Shown here: in pieces, positions 1 to 10,233 of the stretch
How the letters are laid out: every line of letters starts with the position of its first letter
How positions within the stretch are numbered: position 1 is the stretch's first letter
From: Chloroflexota bacterium
GTDB lineage: Bacteria > Chloroflexota > Dehalococcoidia > Lucifugimonadales > GCA-002723415
Direction of reading: 5' to 3'
Length of the DNA: 64,000 nucleotides
Assembly: GCA_002721445.1 (NCBI GenBank)
Contig: PBKN01000012.1
Span: forward strand, 8,362 to 72,361
Notes under the pieces: model-generated
Told to the model about the DNA's origin: nothing
Databases searched by the model: none
Seen by the model: only the letters and a program-made list of their open reading frames with translations
Translations under genes and position numbers: made by a program

Positions 1-1494
1 CCTTACAGAGTATCAGCTCATGGCTTTGGAGAAAGATACGACCTCCCAATTCCTTTAAATTATTTTTTGATCGGAAGCTCACTCACAATAATAATTTCAT
101 TTATATTAATTGGTATATTTATAAAACAAAAAAATATAGCTAATTTATTTCATGAAAACCTTGACCCATATAAAAAGCAAAATTTTTTATCTAGAAAATT
201 AGCATTCAATAAATTTTCAAAAATACTAATCAATTTATTAAAAACTGTCTCAGTTATATTATTTTTACTCACTATTATTTCAGGTTCTATTGGAAATCAA
301 GACCCATATAAAAATTTTTCAGTCACATTTGTATGGATTATTTGGTGGGTAGGATTGGGATATATAAATGCGATTATTGGAGATGTTTGGAACATCATAA
401 ATCCATGGAAAATAATATTTGAATTTTTTGAGAATAATTTTAAACATTCCAAAAATTACTACCCTATATATAAATATCCAAAAAAGCTGGATGCCTGGCC
501 TTCAGTAATTTTATTTTTATTATTTGCATGGTTTGAAAATATTTTTGACACATCTACACCGTATAAATTAAGTAACTTAATTATTATCTATTCTATAATT
601 ACTTGGACAGGCATGATACTTTATGGCAAATACGCATGGATTGAATACGCTGACCCATTTTCAAAATTCTTCAAAATAATGTCAAAATTCTCTATTACAG
701 AAATTAAAATTCTAGACACAAACAATTGCAAATTATGTGAATTTAATTGTATCGAAAATAACGAATGCATAGATTGCTACTCATGCCAAGAAACTTCTTC
801 TAAAAAAAATAAAAGATTAAAATTCAGATTCCCTGGTATGGGTTTAATAAAAACACAAAATATTACTATGGCTACATCTATATTTGTACTTTGCCAACTT
901 GCTACAGTATCATTTGATGGTATAGTTGAAACTCCATTTTGGGTAACAATACAAATTCATATTTTTTCTGCTGTATCTGTATTTGGACCAAATACAGTTG
1001 CAAATATTAATACTTTAGGATTAATATTATTTCCAATAGTTTTTATCATGTTATATGGTATTTTTATATGGTATATATATATATATTCAGGAAAATCATT
1101 AGATGCAATATATATATTTAAAAAATTCACATTATCTCTTATTCCTATAGCATTAGCTTACCACTTTGCTCATTATTTAAGTTATATACTTATTCAAGGT
1201 CAATATATAATACCTTTATTATCTGACCCTTTCGGAAATGGTTTGAATATTATTGGGACTGCAAATAATACAATTAATATATCTATCATTAATGCAAAAA
1301 TAGCTTGGTTTATATCACTTATTTCTATAATATCTGGACATATAATTTCTATATTTGTTGCACATATAATAGCATTGAAAATTTTTAAAAATCAAAATAT
1401 AGCTATTCGAAGTCAATACCCAATGTTATTTCTAATGGTATTTTATACTGCTTTAAGTCTATGGATCATAGCTCAACCTATAGTAGAAAGTTAA
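1..1494 (+). CDS. Polytopic membrane protein with a Cys-rich loop; 5' end cut by the window edge
   Basis: Frame 1 is open from nt 1: PYRVSAHGFGERYDLPIPLNYF precedes the TTG at 67 listed in the track. There are many hydrophobic segments. Central loop reads CKLCEFNC-x6-CIDCYSC (six Cys). No family recognised. Confidence 0.6.
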   Translation, partial: PYRVSAHGFGERYDLPIPLNYFLIGSSLTIIISFILIGIFIKQKNIANLFHENLDPYKKQNFLSRKLAFNKFSKILINLLKTVSVILFLLTIISGSIGNQDPYKNFSVTFVWIIWWVGLGYINAIIGDVWNIINPWKIIFEFFENNFKHSKNYYPIYKYPKKLDAWPSVILFLLFAWFENIFDTSTPYKLSNLIIIYSIITWTGMILYGKYAWIEYADPFSKFFKIMSKFSITEIKILDTNNCKLCEFNCIENNECIDCYSCQETSSKKNKRLKFRFPGMGLIKTQNITMATSIFVLCQLATVSFDGIVETPFWVTIQIHIFSAVSVFGPNTVANINTLGLILFPIVFIMLYGIFIWYIYIYSGKSLDAIYIFKKFTLSLIPIALAYHFAHYLSYILIQGQYIIPLLSDPFGNGLNIIGTANNTINISIINAKIAWFISLISIISGHIISIFVAHIIALKIFKNQNIAIRSQYPMLFLMVFYTALSLWIIAQPIVES

Positions 1495-2486
1495 GCACAA
1501 GAAGGATCGCTAGAATCCCATCTATTATAGCTTTGCTCTTCACCAATGCTTAAATTTTGTCTTGCTTTTATCCAGCTTTCAGCCCAAGCTACAGGGTCAT
1601 GTAACTCACTACTAGGGTTTTTCTTGCTTCTTGCAACAAAACCTGGAAATGTATCTCTACCAGTCGGTTCCCCAATTGGATTATATCTTAAATCAAGACT
1701 CCAACGAATTCTATTACTTTTATTTGGTAATGAACCATGACATGTCATTTTATTTAATAGTAAAATACTTCCTCTTTTCATTGGAATAGGAATAGCATCA
1801 TTTACTCGAAAAAGTTTATCAGGAATATGCAACCCAAAACCACCTCTTGCATCTTTAAGAATTGATTGAGGACAATGAGTTTTCAGACCTTCTATATGAC
1901 TTTCTGGGACCACATGTAAACATCCATCTCTTTCAGCAGCATCCCATATAGGTATCCATACTGTTAACATATTTGTCTCATCTGCATCTGCATTAGCAAC
2001 CCCATTATCCTGGTGCCAAGGAGTAGCACCTAATTGAACAGTTTTAGTACCAGCATGAACCGGAGTTCTATTCTCAGGAGGTTTTAATCTGACATGTTGT
2101 ATTGGATTTGAATAAATTTCAGGACCTATTATATCTTCTACAACATCTAATATGGATGGGCTTGATAAAACATTAAAAACTGCAGGCCCATGCCACATAG
2201 GTGTATCTATTTTTATACCATTTTGAGGTAAGGAAAAATCAAAATATTGAGCATGAATTTTACCTGATTCTTCACATATCTTCGTTAATCTTTCACTGAA
2301 ATTATCATCTTTATACTTAGAGCTAATTAAACCTTTATCATATAAATCATTAGCTAGAAAATCTAAAACCATTTTATACTCATTTATTAATGGATCTAAA
2401 ACAGCTTCTGGATCCAATACATCTTCTACTATTAGATAACCTTGTTTATTAAAAGTATCAATTTCATTATTATTTAAAAAAGTCAT
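1491..2486 (-). CDS. Phytanoyl-CoA dioxygenase (PhyH) family Fe(II)/2-oxoglutarate dioxygenase
   Basis: 331 aa. Has an HxD-type motif (TPWHQDNG) and a distal His (MTCHGSLPN). Overall PhyH-like pattern. Confidence 0.75.
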   Translation of the reverse strand: MTFLNNNEIDTFNKQGYLIVEDVLDPEAVLDPLINEYKMVLDFLANDLYDKGLISSKYKDDNFSERLTKICEESGKIHAQYFDFSLPQNGIKIDTPMWHGPAVFNVLSSPSILDVVEDIIGPEIYSNPIQHVRLKPPENRTPVHAGTKTVQLGATPWHQDNGVANADADETNMLTVWIPIWDAAERDGCLHVVPESHIEGLKTHCPQSILKDARGGFGLHIPDKLFRVNDAIPIPMKRGSILLLNKMTCHGSLPNKSNRIRWSLDLRYNPIGEPTGRDTFPGFVARSKKNPSSELHDPVAWAESWIKARQNLSIGEEQSYNRWDSSDPSCA

Positions 2487-2586
2487 AGATTTAACTCCTT
2501 AAAAATTAAGAAAATAATTTTAAATATATTACAATGTATTTAAAATTATTACAATAATTGACCTATCATCAAATTAATCGTATTTT

Positions 2587-2606
2587 ATAATTGTTTTAAC
2601 AATTAT
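2587..2606. promoter_or_regulatory. Perfect 20-bp palindrome ATAATTGTT-TT-AACAATTAT about 15 bp upstream of the hyuA start; candidate operator
   Basis: Read directly from the sequence. Lies in the 135-bp divergent region between the PhyH gene and hyuA. TATTACAAT direct repeats sit at 2527-2535 and 2547-2555. Confidence 0.3.
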
Positions 2607-2621
2607 AACCGAAGGTGAAAA

Positions 2622-4715
2622 ATGGAATCTTTTAGAATAGGAGTAGATATTGGAGGAACATTTACAGATATTGTGTTCTTAGGTGATAAAGGTACTGTTT
2701 TAATAAAAAAAGTAGCGAGTACTCCGCAGGATTACAGTAATTCTGTAATTCAAGGAATATCAGAAGGCATTAAAGAACTTAATATCAATTCTTCTGATAT
2801 CACAGAAATTAATCATGGATTTACAGTAGCAACTAATGCCATATTAGAAGGTAAAGGCGAGCGAATAGCTTTAATTACAACAAAAGGCTTTAGGGATGTA
2901 TTAGAAATTGCACGATTGCGTACCCCTAGATTATATGATCTGTATTATCAAAAACCTACCCCAATAGTAGAAAGAAGGTTACGTTTTGAAATAGACGAAC
3001 GTGTCAATTTCAAAGGTGAAATACTTAAAGATTTAGACTATAACTCCTTAAAATTAATAACTAAAAATATTCAATCAGAAAAAATTCAATCCGTAGCAAT
3101 TTGCCTTTTACATTCATATGCAAATTCAAAACATGAATTAGAAATTTCTAATTTTTTAAAATCCCATATACCTAATATTAATTTATCTGTTTCTAGTGAA
3201 ATACTTCCTGAAATGCGCGAATATGAAAGAACAAGTACTACTGTTATAAATGCTTATATCAGACCAGTTGTAAAAGATTATTTAGAAAACCTTAACAATC
3301 AACTTGCAAATCTAGGTTTTAAAGTTCCTCTTACTATTATGCAATCAAATGGAGGATTATCTCCTGTAAATCTTGCGATAGAAAAACCTATCTTTTGTAT
3401 TGAATCAGGTCCTGCTGCTGGAGTAGTAGGAGCTTTTCATTTAGGTAATCATATTGGAACAGAAAACTTCATGACTTTTGATATGGGTGGAACAACTGCT
3501 AAGGCATCTATTATTGAAAATGGAGAAATGCTATTAGCACCTGAATATGAAGTCGGAGGGGGTATGAGTGCAGGACATAGGCTGTTAAAAGGATCAGGTT
3601 ACATGCTAAGAGTACCATCAATTGATATAGCTGAAGTTAGCTCTGGAGGAGGTAGTATAGCCTGGATAGATAAAGCTGAAGCACTACAAATAGGACCTCA
3701 AAGCTCAGGTGCTGATCCAGGACCAGCATGCTATGACAAAGGAGGAAATAACCCTACAGTTACTGATGCAAATGTAATATTAGGTTATTTGAACCCTAAA
3801 AACTTATTAGGTGGAAATTTCCTTATTAATTCAAGTAAAGCACAAAAAATAATCTCAGAAAATATTAGTGCCCCCCTAGGCATATCTGAAATCGAATCAG
3901 CTTGGGGAATACATATTCTAGTAAATTCAAATATGGGTAGAGCATTGAGAGCAGTATCTAGCGAAAGAGGAAGGGATCCACGTAAATTTACATTAGTTGC
4001 ATTCGGTGGTGGAGGGCCTATTCACGCTACAGGAATAGCTGAAAGCTTAGGAATAACAAAAATATTAATCCCACCCTCACCTGGAGTTTTTAGTGCTTTT
4101 GGCTTGTTATTTGCAAACGTAGAATATCATCTAGTAAAAACTTATTTTAACCCATTAAGTAACTTAAAATTAAAAGAAGCCAACGGAGTACTAGATAAAT
4201 TAATATCTCAAGGAAAAGAATTATTAATTTCTGAAGGATTTAATTCTCTGCAACAAGAGATAATAATACAATTAGATATGAAATATATTGGACAAACTTC
4301 AGAATTGACAATCAGGATGCCCGACCAATCCTTTACAATTGAATCTATTAATAAGATTCAAGAAATTTACATGAATGAACATGACAAAACTTTTGGATAC
4401 AGAGTTGATGAACCTATGCAATTAGTTAACATTCGAATAATTGCTAGAGGTATATCAAGTGAATCCAGAGTTCCTGATAAAATTAATTCTTCTAATAAAA
4501 TTAATCAAAGTAAAAATGACAATAAACGAAAGGTTTATTTTGGTCAAAATATTGGATGGATTAATACTAATATTGTTGATAGATTATTTTTAAATAAAAA
4601 GCCTCATAAAGGCCCAATAATTATAGAGGAATATGATTCAACTACTATCGTACCACCGAATTGGAATGCATCATTAGATTCAATGAATAATATTATACTA
4701 GAAAAAACCAATTAA
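2622..4715 (+). CDS. hyuA: Hydantoinase/oxoprolinase family, A (HyuA-like) subunit
   Basis: 697 aa. N-terminus is IGVDIGGTFTD with a second DMGGTT ATPase motif, typical of hydantoinase A, 5-oxoprolinase and acetone carboxylase beta. Confidence 0.9.
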   Translation: MESFRIGVDIGGTFTDIVFLGDKGTVLIKKVASTPQDYSNSVIQGISEGIKELNINSSDITEINHGFTVATNAILEGKGERIALITTKGFRDVLEIARLRTPRLYDLYYQKPTPIVERRLRFEIDERVNFKGEILKDLDYNSLKLITKNIQSEKIQSVAICLLHSYANSKHELEISNFLKSHIPNINLSVSSEILPEMREYERTSTTVINAYIRPVVKDYLENLNNQLANLGFKVPLTIMQSNGGLSPVNLAIEKPIFCIESGPAAGVVGAFHLGNHIGTENFMTFDMGGTTAKASIIENGEMLLAPEYEVGGGMSAGHRLLKGSGYMLRVPSIDIAEVSSGGGSIAWIDKAEALQIGPQSSGADPGPACYDKGGNNPTVTDANVILGYLNPKNLLGGNFLINSSKAQKIISENISAPLGISEIESAWGIHILVNSNMGRALRAVSSERGRDPRKFTLVAFGGGGPIHATGIAESLGITKILIPPSPGVFSAFGLLFANVEYHLVKTYFNPLSNLKLKEANGVLDKLISQGKELLISEGFNSLQQEIIIQLDMKYIGQTSELTIRMPDQSFTIESINKIQEIYMNEHDKTFGYRVDEPMQLVNIRIIARGISSESRVPDKINSSNKINQSKNDNKRKVYFGQNIGWINTNIVDRLFLNKKPHKGPIIIEEYDSTTIVPPNWNASLDSMNNIILEKTN

Positions 4716-4736
4716 AATAAATTTGAATGTGAGGTA

Positions 4737-6539
4737 TTGATGAATAAACCTGAAGCTTTTGATTCAGTAACGAGGGAAATAATAAAAAATTATCTATCTA
4801 GCGCAGCTGACACAATGGCAGTAACAGTAGTAAGAACAGCTAGATCTGCTGTTGTAAAAGATGGAATGGATTTTTCTACCGCAATATTTACTGCTGAAGG
4901 GGATCAAGTAGCTCAAGGATTAACATTACCTTTTCATATGGGAGCTATGCAACCAGCTTTAAAAGCTGTAATCGATTACTTTGGTAAAGATATTAAAGAC
5001 GGAGATATATTTGCAAATAATGACCCTTATGAAGGTGCTAGTCATTTACCTGATATTTTCTTATTTAAACCAATATTCTATAACAATATTTTAGTTGCTT
5101 GGACATGTGTGATTGCGCACCATACCGACATTGGAGGTAGAGTTGCAGGAGGAAATGCTTGTGATAATACTGAAATTTATCAAGAAGGACTAAGAATACC
5201 TCCAATCAAATTAATCGAACAAGGATCTATAAACAACGCTGTATGGCGAATACTGCAAAAAAATGTACGCGTTCCTGATATGGTAATAGGTGATGTTCTA
5301 GCACAAATTTCAGCACTAAAACAAGGTGAAAGAGATGTTATTCATCTAATTGATGAATATGGTATTGAAAATATGAAAGTCTATATGACAGATATAATTG
5401 ATTATACTGAACGATTAACTAGAGCTGAAATAAAAGCACTTCCTGATGGCAGTTGGGATTTTACAGATTATATTGACGATGACGGAATTTCAACTGACCC
5501 TATAGCTATTAAAGCTAAAGTTACTATAAAAAATGATGAATTACATGTAGATTTTACAGGTACATCACCTCAAGCTAAAGGTTCTATAAACCCTACTCTA
5601 CCTTTTACTAAAGCTGCAGTTTATACAGTATTCAAAAATTTAACTAACCCAGATATAACTGCAAATACTGGATTTTTTAGGCCTATTAAAGTTACTGCAC
5701 CTCCTGGATGTTATGTAAATGCGCAACATCCTGCTCCTGTAGCTGCTAGAGGTTTGGGAGGATTCAGAGTAGCCCATACAGTTTTTGGAGCTATGGCAAA
5801 AGCTTTACCTAATAAAGTCCCAGGTGCTTGGGGAGGTGGAGAAGTAGCTGTAAGTTTTGGAGGTTATTACCCTAATGGTAAAGCTTTTGTATTTGTAGAA
5901 TTTAACAATGATGGTCCAAGAGGTGGTGGGCCTCACGTAGATGGTGCAGATGGCGCAGCTGCTCCAGTCACCAACCAAGCAAATACTCCTATAGAAAGCA
6001 TAGAAGCTAATTACCCTTTACAAATTAATAGGTATGGATTTATAAAAAATACTGAGGGAGCTGGTGAATATAGAGGTGGCATGGGAATTGTTAGAGAATT
6101 CCAATTGTTACATGAAGAAGCAACTCTTCAAATCAGATCAGATCGAAGCAAGTTTTTACCTTGGGGTAATCAAGGTGGCCACCCTGGGACAAGAAATTTC
6201 AACATACTTAATCCTAGCTCAGATAATACTTTATTACCTTCAAAATTCCTTAAAACACTGAAAAAAGATGAAGTTTACAGATTAATTCAATCAGGTGGGG
6301 GTGGTTATGGCAACCCTATTAATAGAAATCCTAAATCTGTATTAAAGGACTTTTTAGAAGAAAAAATTACATCTAAACGAGCTAAAGACATATATGGTGT
6401 AGTAATTAATAAAAATAAAATCAATACTAACGCAACAAAACTTTTAAGAGATAAATTAAAGAAAAATATTAAAAAAACCAAACTAACCCCAGAAGCAACT
6501 CCTGTAGTCGGAAATTCAAAACCACCATTATTTAATTAG
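4737..6539 (+). CDS. hyuB: Hydantoinase/oxoprolinase family, B (HyuB-like) subunit
   Basis: 600 aa, directly after hyuA. Hydantoinase_B-like sequence (DPYEGASHLPD, GGGYGNP). The likely true start is ATG at 4740, preceded by GAGG at 4731-4734. Confidence 0.9.
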   Translation: MMNKPEAFDSVTREIIKNYLSSAADTMAVTVVRTARSAVVKDGMDFSTAIFTAEGDQVAQGLTLPFHMGAMQPALKAVIDYFGKDIKDGDIFANNDPYEGASHLPDIFLFKPIFYNNILVAWTCVIAHHTDIGGRVAGGNACDNTEIYQEGLRIPPIKLIEQGSINNAVWRILQKNVRVPDMVIGDVLAQISALKQGERDVIHLIDEYGIENMKVYMTDIIDYTERLTRAEIKALPDGSWDFTDYIDDDGISTDPIAIKAKVTIKNDELHVDFTGTSPQAKGSINPTLPFTKAAVYTVFKNLTNPDITANTGFFRPIKVTAPPGCYVNAQHPAPVAARGLGGFRVAHTVFGAMAKALPNKVPGAWGGGEVAVSFGGYYPNGKAFVFVEFNNDGPRGGGPHVDGADGAAAPVTNQANTPIESIEANYPLQINRYGFIKNTEGAGEYRGGMGIVREFQLLHEEATLQIRSDRSKFLPWGNQGGHPGTRNFNILNPSSDNTLLPSKFLKTLKKDEVYRLIQSGGGGYGNPINRNPKSVLKDFLEEKITSKRAKDIYGVVINKNKINTNATKLLRDKLKKNIKKTKLTPEATPVVGNSKPPLFN

Positions 6540-6570
6540 CATAAATTTATATCTATGATATAGAGTATTG

Positions 6571-6579
6571 TGTTATAAT
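6571..6579 (+). promoter_or_regulatory. Extended -10-like element TGTTATAAT upstream of prs
   Basis: TGnTATAAT match read in the 84-bp hyuB-prs spacer. No clear -35. AT-rich background makes chance matches likely. Confidence 0.25.
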
Positions 6580-6623
6580 ACTGCTTGCTTAAACCCTCTA
6601 TTTTTTAATTAAAAAAGACATAT

Positions 6624-7598
6624 ATGATAGGAGACAATGTGGCTATTTCACAAGAATTAAAAATCGTGACTGGTAATTCTCATCGTTCATTAGCTAATGA
6701 AATTTGTAAATACTTAGACACAACGCTTAGTGACTGTGAAGTTTTTAAATTTAGTAACGATAACATATTTGTAAAATATAATGAAAATATTCGAGAAAAA
6801 GATGTTTTTATTATACAATCTATATCCACTCCTGTAAGTGACCATTTAATGGAATTATTAATAATGATTGATGCTGCAAAAAGAGCTTCTGCAGGTAGAA
6901 TTACAGCAGTAATGCCATATTTCGCGTACGGAAGAAGTGATAAAAAAGACCAACCTAGAGTACCTATAACTGCAAGATTAATCGCAAACTTAATTACTGT
7001 AGCTGGAGCAGATAGAGTACTTACAATGGATCTTCATGCAGGTCAAATTCAAGGTTTTTTTAATATTCCGGTTGATGAACTTAGCGCTGTACCAATTTTA
7101 GCCCAAGATTTTAAGGAAAATGGCCCAACAAACTCAGTAGTTGCTGCTACAGACGTTGGGGATGCAAAAAGAGCCAGGAATACTGCAGATATATTGAAAA
7201 TGCCGATCGCAATAGTGGAAAAACAAAGATTAGGTAATGAAGAAAAAATTGGATCAGGAACATTAATTGGAAAAGTTAAAGGATTAAATTCTATTATTAT
7301 TGATGATGAAATAGGAACTGGAGGTACAGTTATTTCAGCAGCAAATATTTTAAAAGAAAATGGTGCAAAAGATATTTATTGCTATGTAACACATCCAGTT
7401 TTATCAGGAAATGCTGCAAAATTAATATCTGATAGCGTAATAAAAAATCTAGTAATAACAAACACATTACCAATTACAAAAAAACAAACTTCTGACAAAT
7501 TAAGAACTGTTTCAATTGCAAATTTATTTGGAGAAGCTATATTTAGAATTCACAATGGCTTATCAATTGGAGCCATGTTTAACCAAAAAATAATATAA
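6624..7598 (+). CDS. prs: Ribose-phosphate pyrophosphokinase (PRPP synthetase)
   Basis: 324 aa. Motifs DLHAGQIQGFF and IIDDEIGTGGT (PRPP-binding loop). Alternative start is GTG at 6639, after AGGAG. Confidence 0.95.
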   Translation: MIGDNVAISQELKIVTGNSHRSLANEICKYLDTTLSDCEVFKFSNDNIFVKYNENIREKDVFIIQSISTPVSDHLMELLIMIDAAKRASAGRITAVMPYFAYGRSDKKDQPRVPITARLIANLITVAGADRVLTMDLHAGQIQGFFNIPVDELSAVPILAQDFKENGPTNSVVAATDVGDAKRARNTADILKMPIAIVEKQRLGNEEKIGSGTLIGKVKGLNSIIIDDEIGTGGTVISAANILKENGAKDIYCYVTHPVLSGNAAKLISDSVIKNLVITNTLPITKKQTSDKLRTVSIANLFGEAIFRIHNGLSIGAMFNQKII

Positions 7599-7635
7599 TA
7601 ATTATTTATCCATTAAGGATAAGGAGAAATTCTAA

Positions 7636-10212
7636 TTGAAATGGCTGACTAATCTATTTGGTGATTCTAATGACAAATTAATAGAAAAAATGCGTATTAC
7701 TGTTGACGAAATAAACAGTAAAGAGCAAAGTTTTTCTAATTTATCTGAAATAGATTTAAAAAACTATACTTCTAAATTAAAAAATTCTATAAAAACAAAA
7801 TCTCTTAACATAGAAGATGTTTTAATAGAAGCTTTTTCCTTAGTAAGAGAAGCATCTAAAAGATCACTAAATCAAAGACACTTTAATGTTCAATTGTTAG
7901 GTGGGATCACCTTGCATCAAGGTAAAATTGCAGAAATGAAAACTGGAGAAGGTAAAACTTTAGTATCAACATTAGCTACATACCTAAATGCTTTAGAAGA
8001 AAAAGGGGTTCATGTAATTACTGTTAATGATTATTTAGCTAAAAGAGATGCAGAGTGGATGGGTAAGATCTTTGACATGCTAGGATTGTCAGTTGGGGTA
8101 TTACAGCATGAAGCATCATTTATTTATAATTCTGAAGATAATGACGAAAAATTAAAACCTGTAGAAAGAAAAGATGCATATAATGCAGATATAACTTATG
8201 GAACAAATAATGAATTTGGTTTTGATTACCTTAGAGACAATATGACAAATCAATCATCTCTTAAAGTTCAAAGACCATTAAATTTTGCAATAGTCGATGA
8301 AGTAGACAACATATTGATTGATGAAGCAAGAACTCCATTAATTATAAGTGGCCCATCAAGTCAATCACCAAATGAATATTATAAATTTGCAAAAATAGTT
8401 CCTCGATTATCAATTGAAAAAGATTACACTATTGATGAAAAACATAAAAATGTATCACTCACAATTGAAGGAACAGATCAAATAGAAAAAATTTTAAATA
8501 TAGAAAATTTATATGCCCCTGACAATTTTAATTTGGTTCATTTTGTAGAAAATGCTCTAAAAGCTAATACTCTTTTTCAAAAAGATCGAGAATATGTAAT
8601 AAATGAAGGACAAATAGTATTAGTAGATGAATTTACTGGACGTCTAATGCATGGACGAAGGTATTCAGACGGACTACATCAAGCTTTAGAAGCTAAAGAA
8701 AATTTAAAAGTACAAAGAGAAACTATAACTTATGCAACAATCACTCTTCAAAACTATTTTAGAATGTATCCAAAATTATCTGGTATGACTGGAACTGCAT
8801 CAACTGAAGCTGAAGAATTTTGGAAAATTTATAAACTAGAAGTTATAGAAATACCTACAAATAAAGATATGCTAAGAAAAGACTCATCAGATTTGATTTT
8901 CAAAGATCAAAAATCAAAAATGCAGGCAATACTTAAAGAAATAAAAATTCGTCATGAAAAAATGCAACCTATACTTATTGGCACTACAGATATAGAAAAA
9001 TCTGAAACAATAAGTAAAAGTTTAAAGAATATAGGTATTAAGCATTCTGTTTTAAATGCTAAACATCATGAAAAAGAAGCATCAATAATTGAAAATGCCG
9101 GGCAACCTGGGGCTGTTACAGTAGCTACGAATATGGCAGGAAGAGGAACAGATATAGTATTAGGAGGAAAAGATATTGATTCAAAAGAAGAATGGGAAAA
9201 ATTGCACAATAAAGTATTAGAATTAGGTGGATTACACATAATTGGTACAGAAAGACATGAATCAAGAAGGATAGACAATCAATTAAGAGGACGAGCAGGA
9301 AGACAAGGAGACCCTGGAAGTTCATCCTTTTATGTTGCTATGGATGATGAATTAATGAGAAGATTTGGTGGAGAACGAATAAAAACAGTAATGGATTGGG
9401 CAGGGATGGACTCGTCTACACCTGTTGAAAACAAGATGATAAATAGGAGTATAGAAAGTGCTCAAACAAAAGTGGAATCTCAAAATTTTGATATAAGAAA
9501 ACAATTAGTAGAATATGATGATGTAATCAATGCACAAAGGGAGATTATATATAAAGAAAGAAATAAAGTATTAGACGAAGAAGCTGATCTAAAATTAAAT
9601 ATTAATCAAATAATATTTGAAAAAATTGAAGAATTAATATCAGAGTTTATACCTGAAAACCACTCTCCAAACTGGGATCCAAATGATTTAATAAATGAAT
9701 TAAATTTGATATTCAATTCATTTATTAAATTTGAGGATAAATCTTTATTTATTTCAAAACAACCTAACGAAATAAAATCATACCTAGAAGCCCAAATTGA
9801 AAATGCATATACAGAATTAGAGAATAGATTGACTCCAGAAATTTTAAGGCAATTAGAAAAATCTATCATGCTTCAATCAATAGATAGTAATTGGGTTCAA
9901 CACTTAACAAATATAGATAATCTAAGGCAAGGTATTGGATTACATGCAGCCGGACAAAGAGATCCCCTCATTATGTACAAAAAAGAAGCCTATGAAATGT
10001 TTCAAAATCTTGAATATAAAATCAGACAAGATGTAGCATATGCCATATTTAATGTTCAATTAGCATCTAAACCAAGTAACCAAACAATAAATAAAAATTT
10101 AAATATAAATAACAAAACAAATAATCCTTTATCAAAAGGACTTAAACTAGGTAGAAATTCACCATGTCATTGTGGCAGCGGTATTAAGTATAAGAGATGT
10201 CATGGTTCTTGA
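7636..10212 (+). CDS. secA: Preprotein translocase ATPase SecA
   Basis: 858 aa. Walker A MKTGEGKT, DEVD box, C-terminal zinc motif CHCGSGIKYKRCHG. TTG start is preceded by AAGGAG. Confidence 0.97.
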   Translation: MKWLTNLFGDSNDKLIEKMRITVDEINSKEQSFSNLSEIDLKNYTSKLKNSIKTKSLNIEDVLIEAFSLVREASKRSLNQRHFNVQLLGGITLHQGKIAEMKTGEGKTLVSTLATYLNALEEKGVHVITVNDYLAKRDAEWMGKIFDMLGLSVGVLQHEASFIYNSEDNDEKLKPVERKDAYNADITYGTNNEFGFDYLRDNMTNQSSLKVQRPLNFAIVDEVDNILIDEARTPLIISGPSSQSPNEYYKFAKIVPRLSIEKDYTIDEKHKNVSLTIEGTDQIEKILNIENLYAPDNFNLVHFVENALKANTLFQKDREYVINEGQIVLVDEFTGRLMHGRRYSDGLHQALEAKENLKVQRETITYATITLQNYFRMYPKLSGMTGTASTEAEEFWKIYKLEVIEIPTNKDMLRKDSSDLIFKDQKSKMQAILKEIKIRHEKMQPILIGTTDIEKSETISKSLKNIGIKHSVLNAKHHEKEASIIENAGQPGAVTVATNMAGRGTDIVLGGKDIDSKEEWEKLHNKVLELGGLHIIGTERHESRRIDNQLRGRAGRQGDPGSSSFYVAMDDELMRRFGGERIKTVMDWAGMDSSTPVENKMINRSIESAQTKVESQNFDIRKQLVEYDDVINAQREIIYKERNKVLDEEADLKLNINQIIFEKIEELISEFIPENHSPNWDPNDLINELNLIFNSFIKFEDKSLFISKQPNEIKSYLEAQIENAYTELENRLTPEILRQLEKSIMLQSIDSNWVQHLTNIDNLRQGIGLHAAGQRDPLIMYKKEAYEMFQNLEYKIRQDVAYAIFNVQLASKPSNQTINKNLNINNKTNNPLSKGLKLGRNSPCHCGSGIKYKRCHGS

Positions 10213-10233
10213 TATTTTGTAAAGAATTTTATT

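Noticed and set aside
1546-1740. Other short opposite-strand or alternate-frame track ORFs (1546..1740, 6064..6261, 22173..22367, 24727..24933, 46946..47134, 50784..50975)
   Set aside because: All are nested within well-supported longer genes, either on the opposite strand or, for 6064..6261, in another frame of hyuB.
9066-9869. Three minus-strand ORFs (9066..9278, 9125..9325, 9606..9869) inside secA
   Set aside because: All are antisense to the conserved SecA reading frame. Their composition is repetitive and hydrophobic, as expected for shadow frames.
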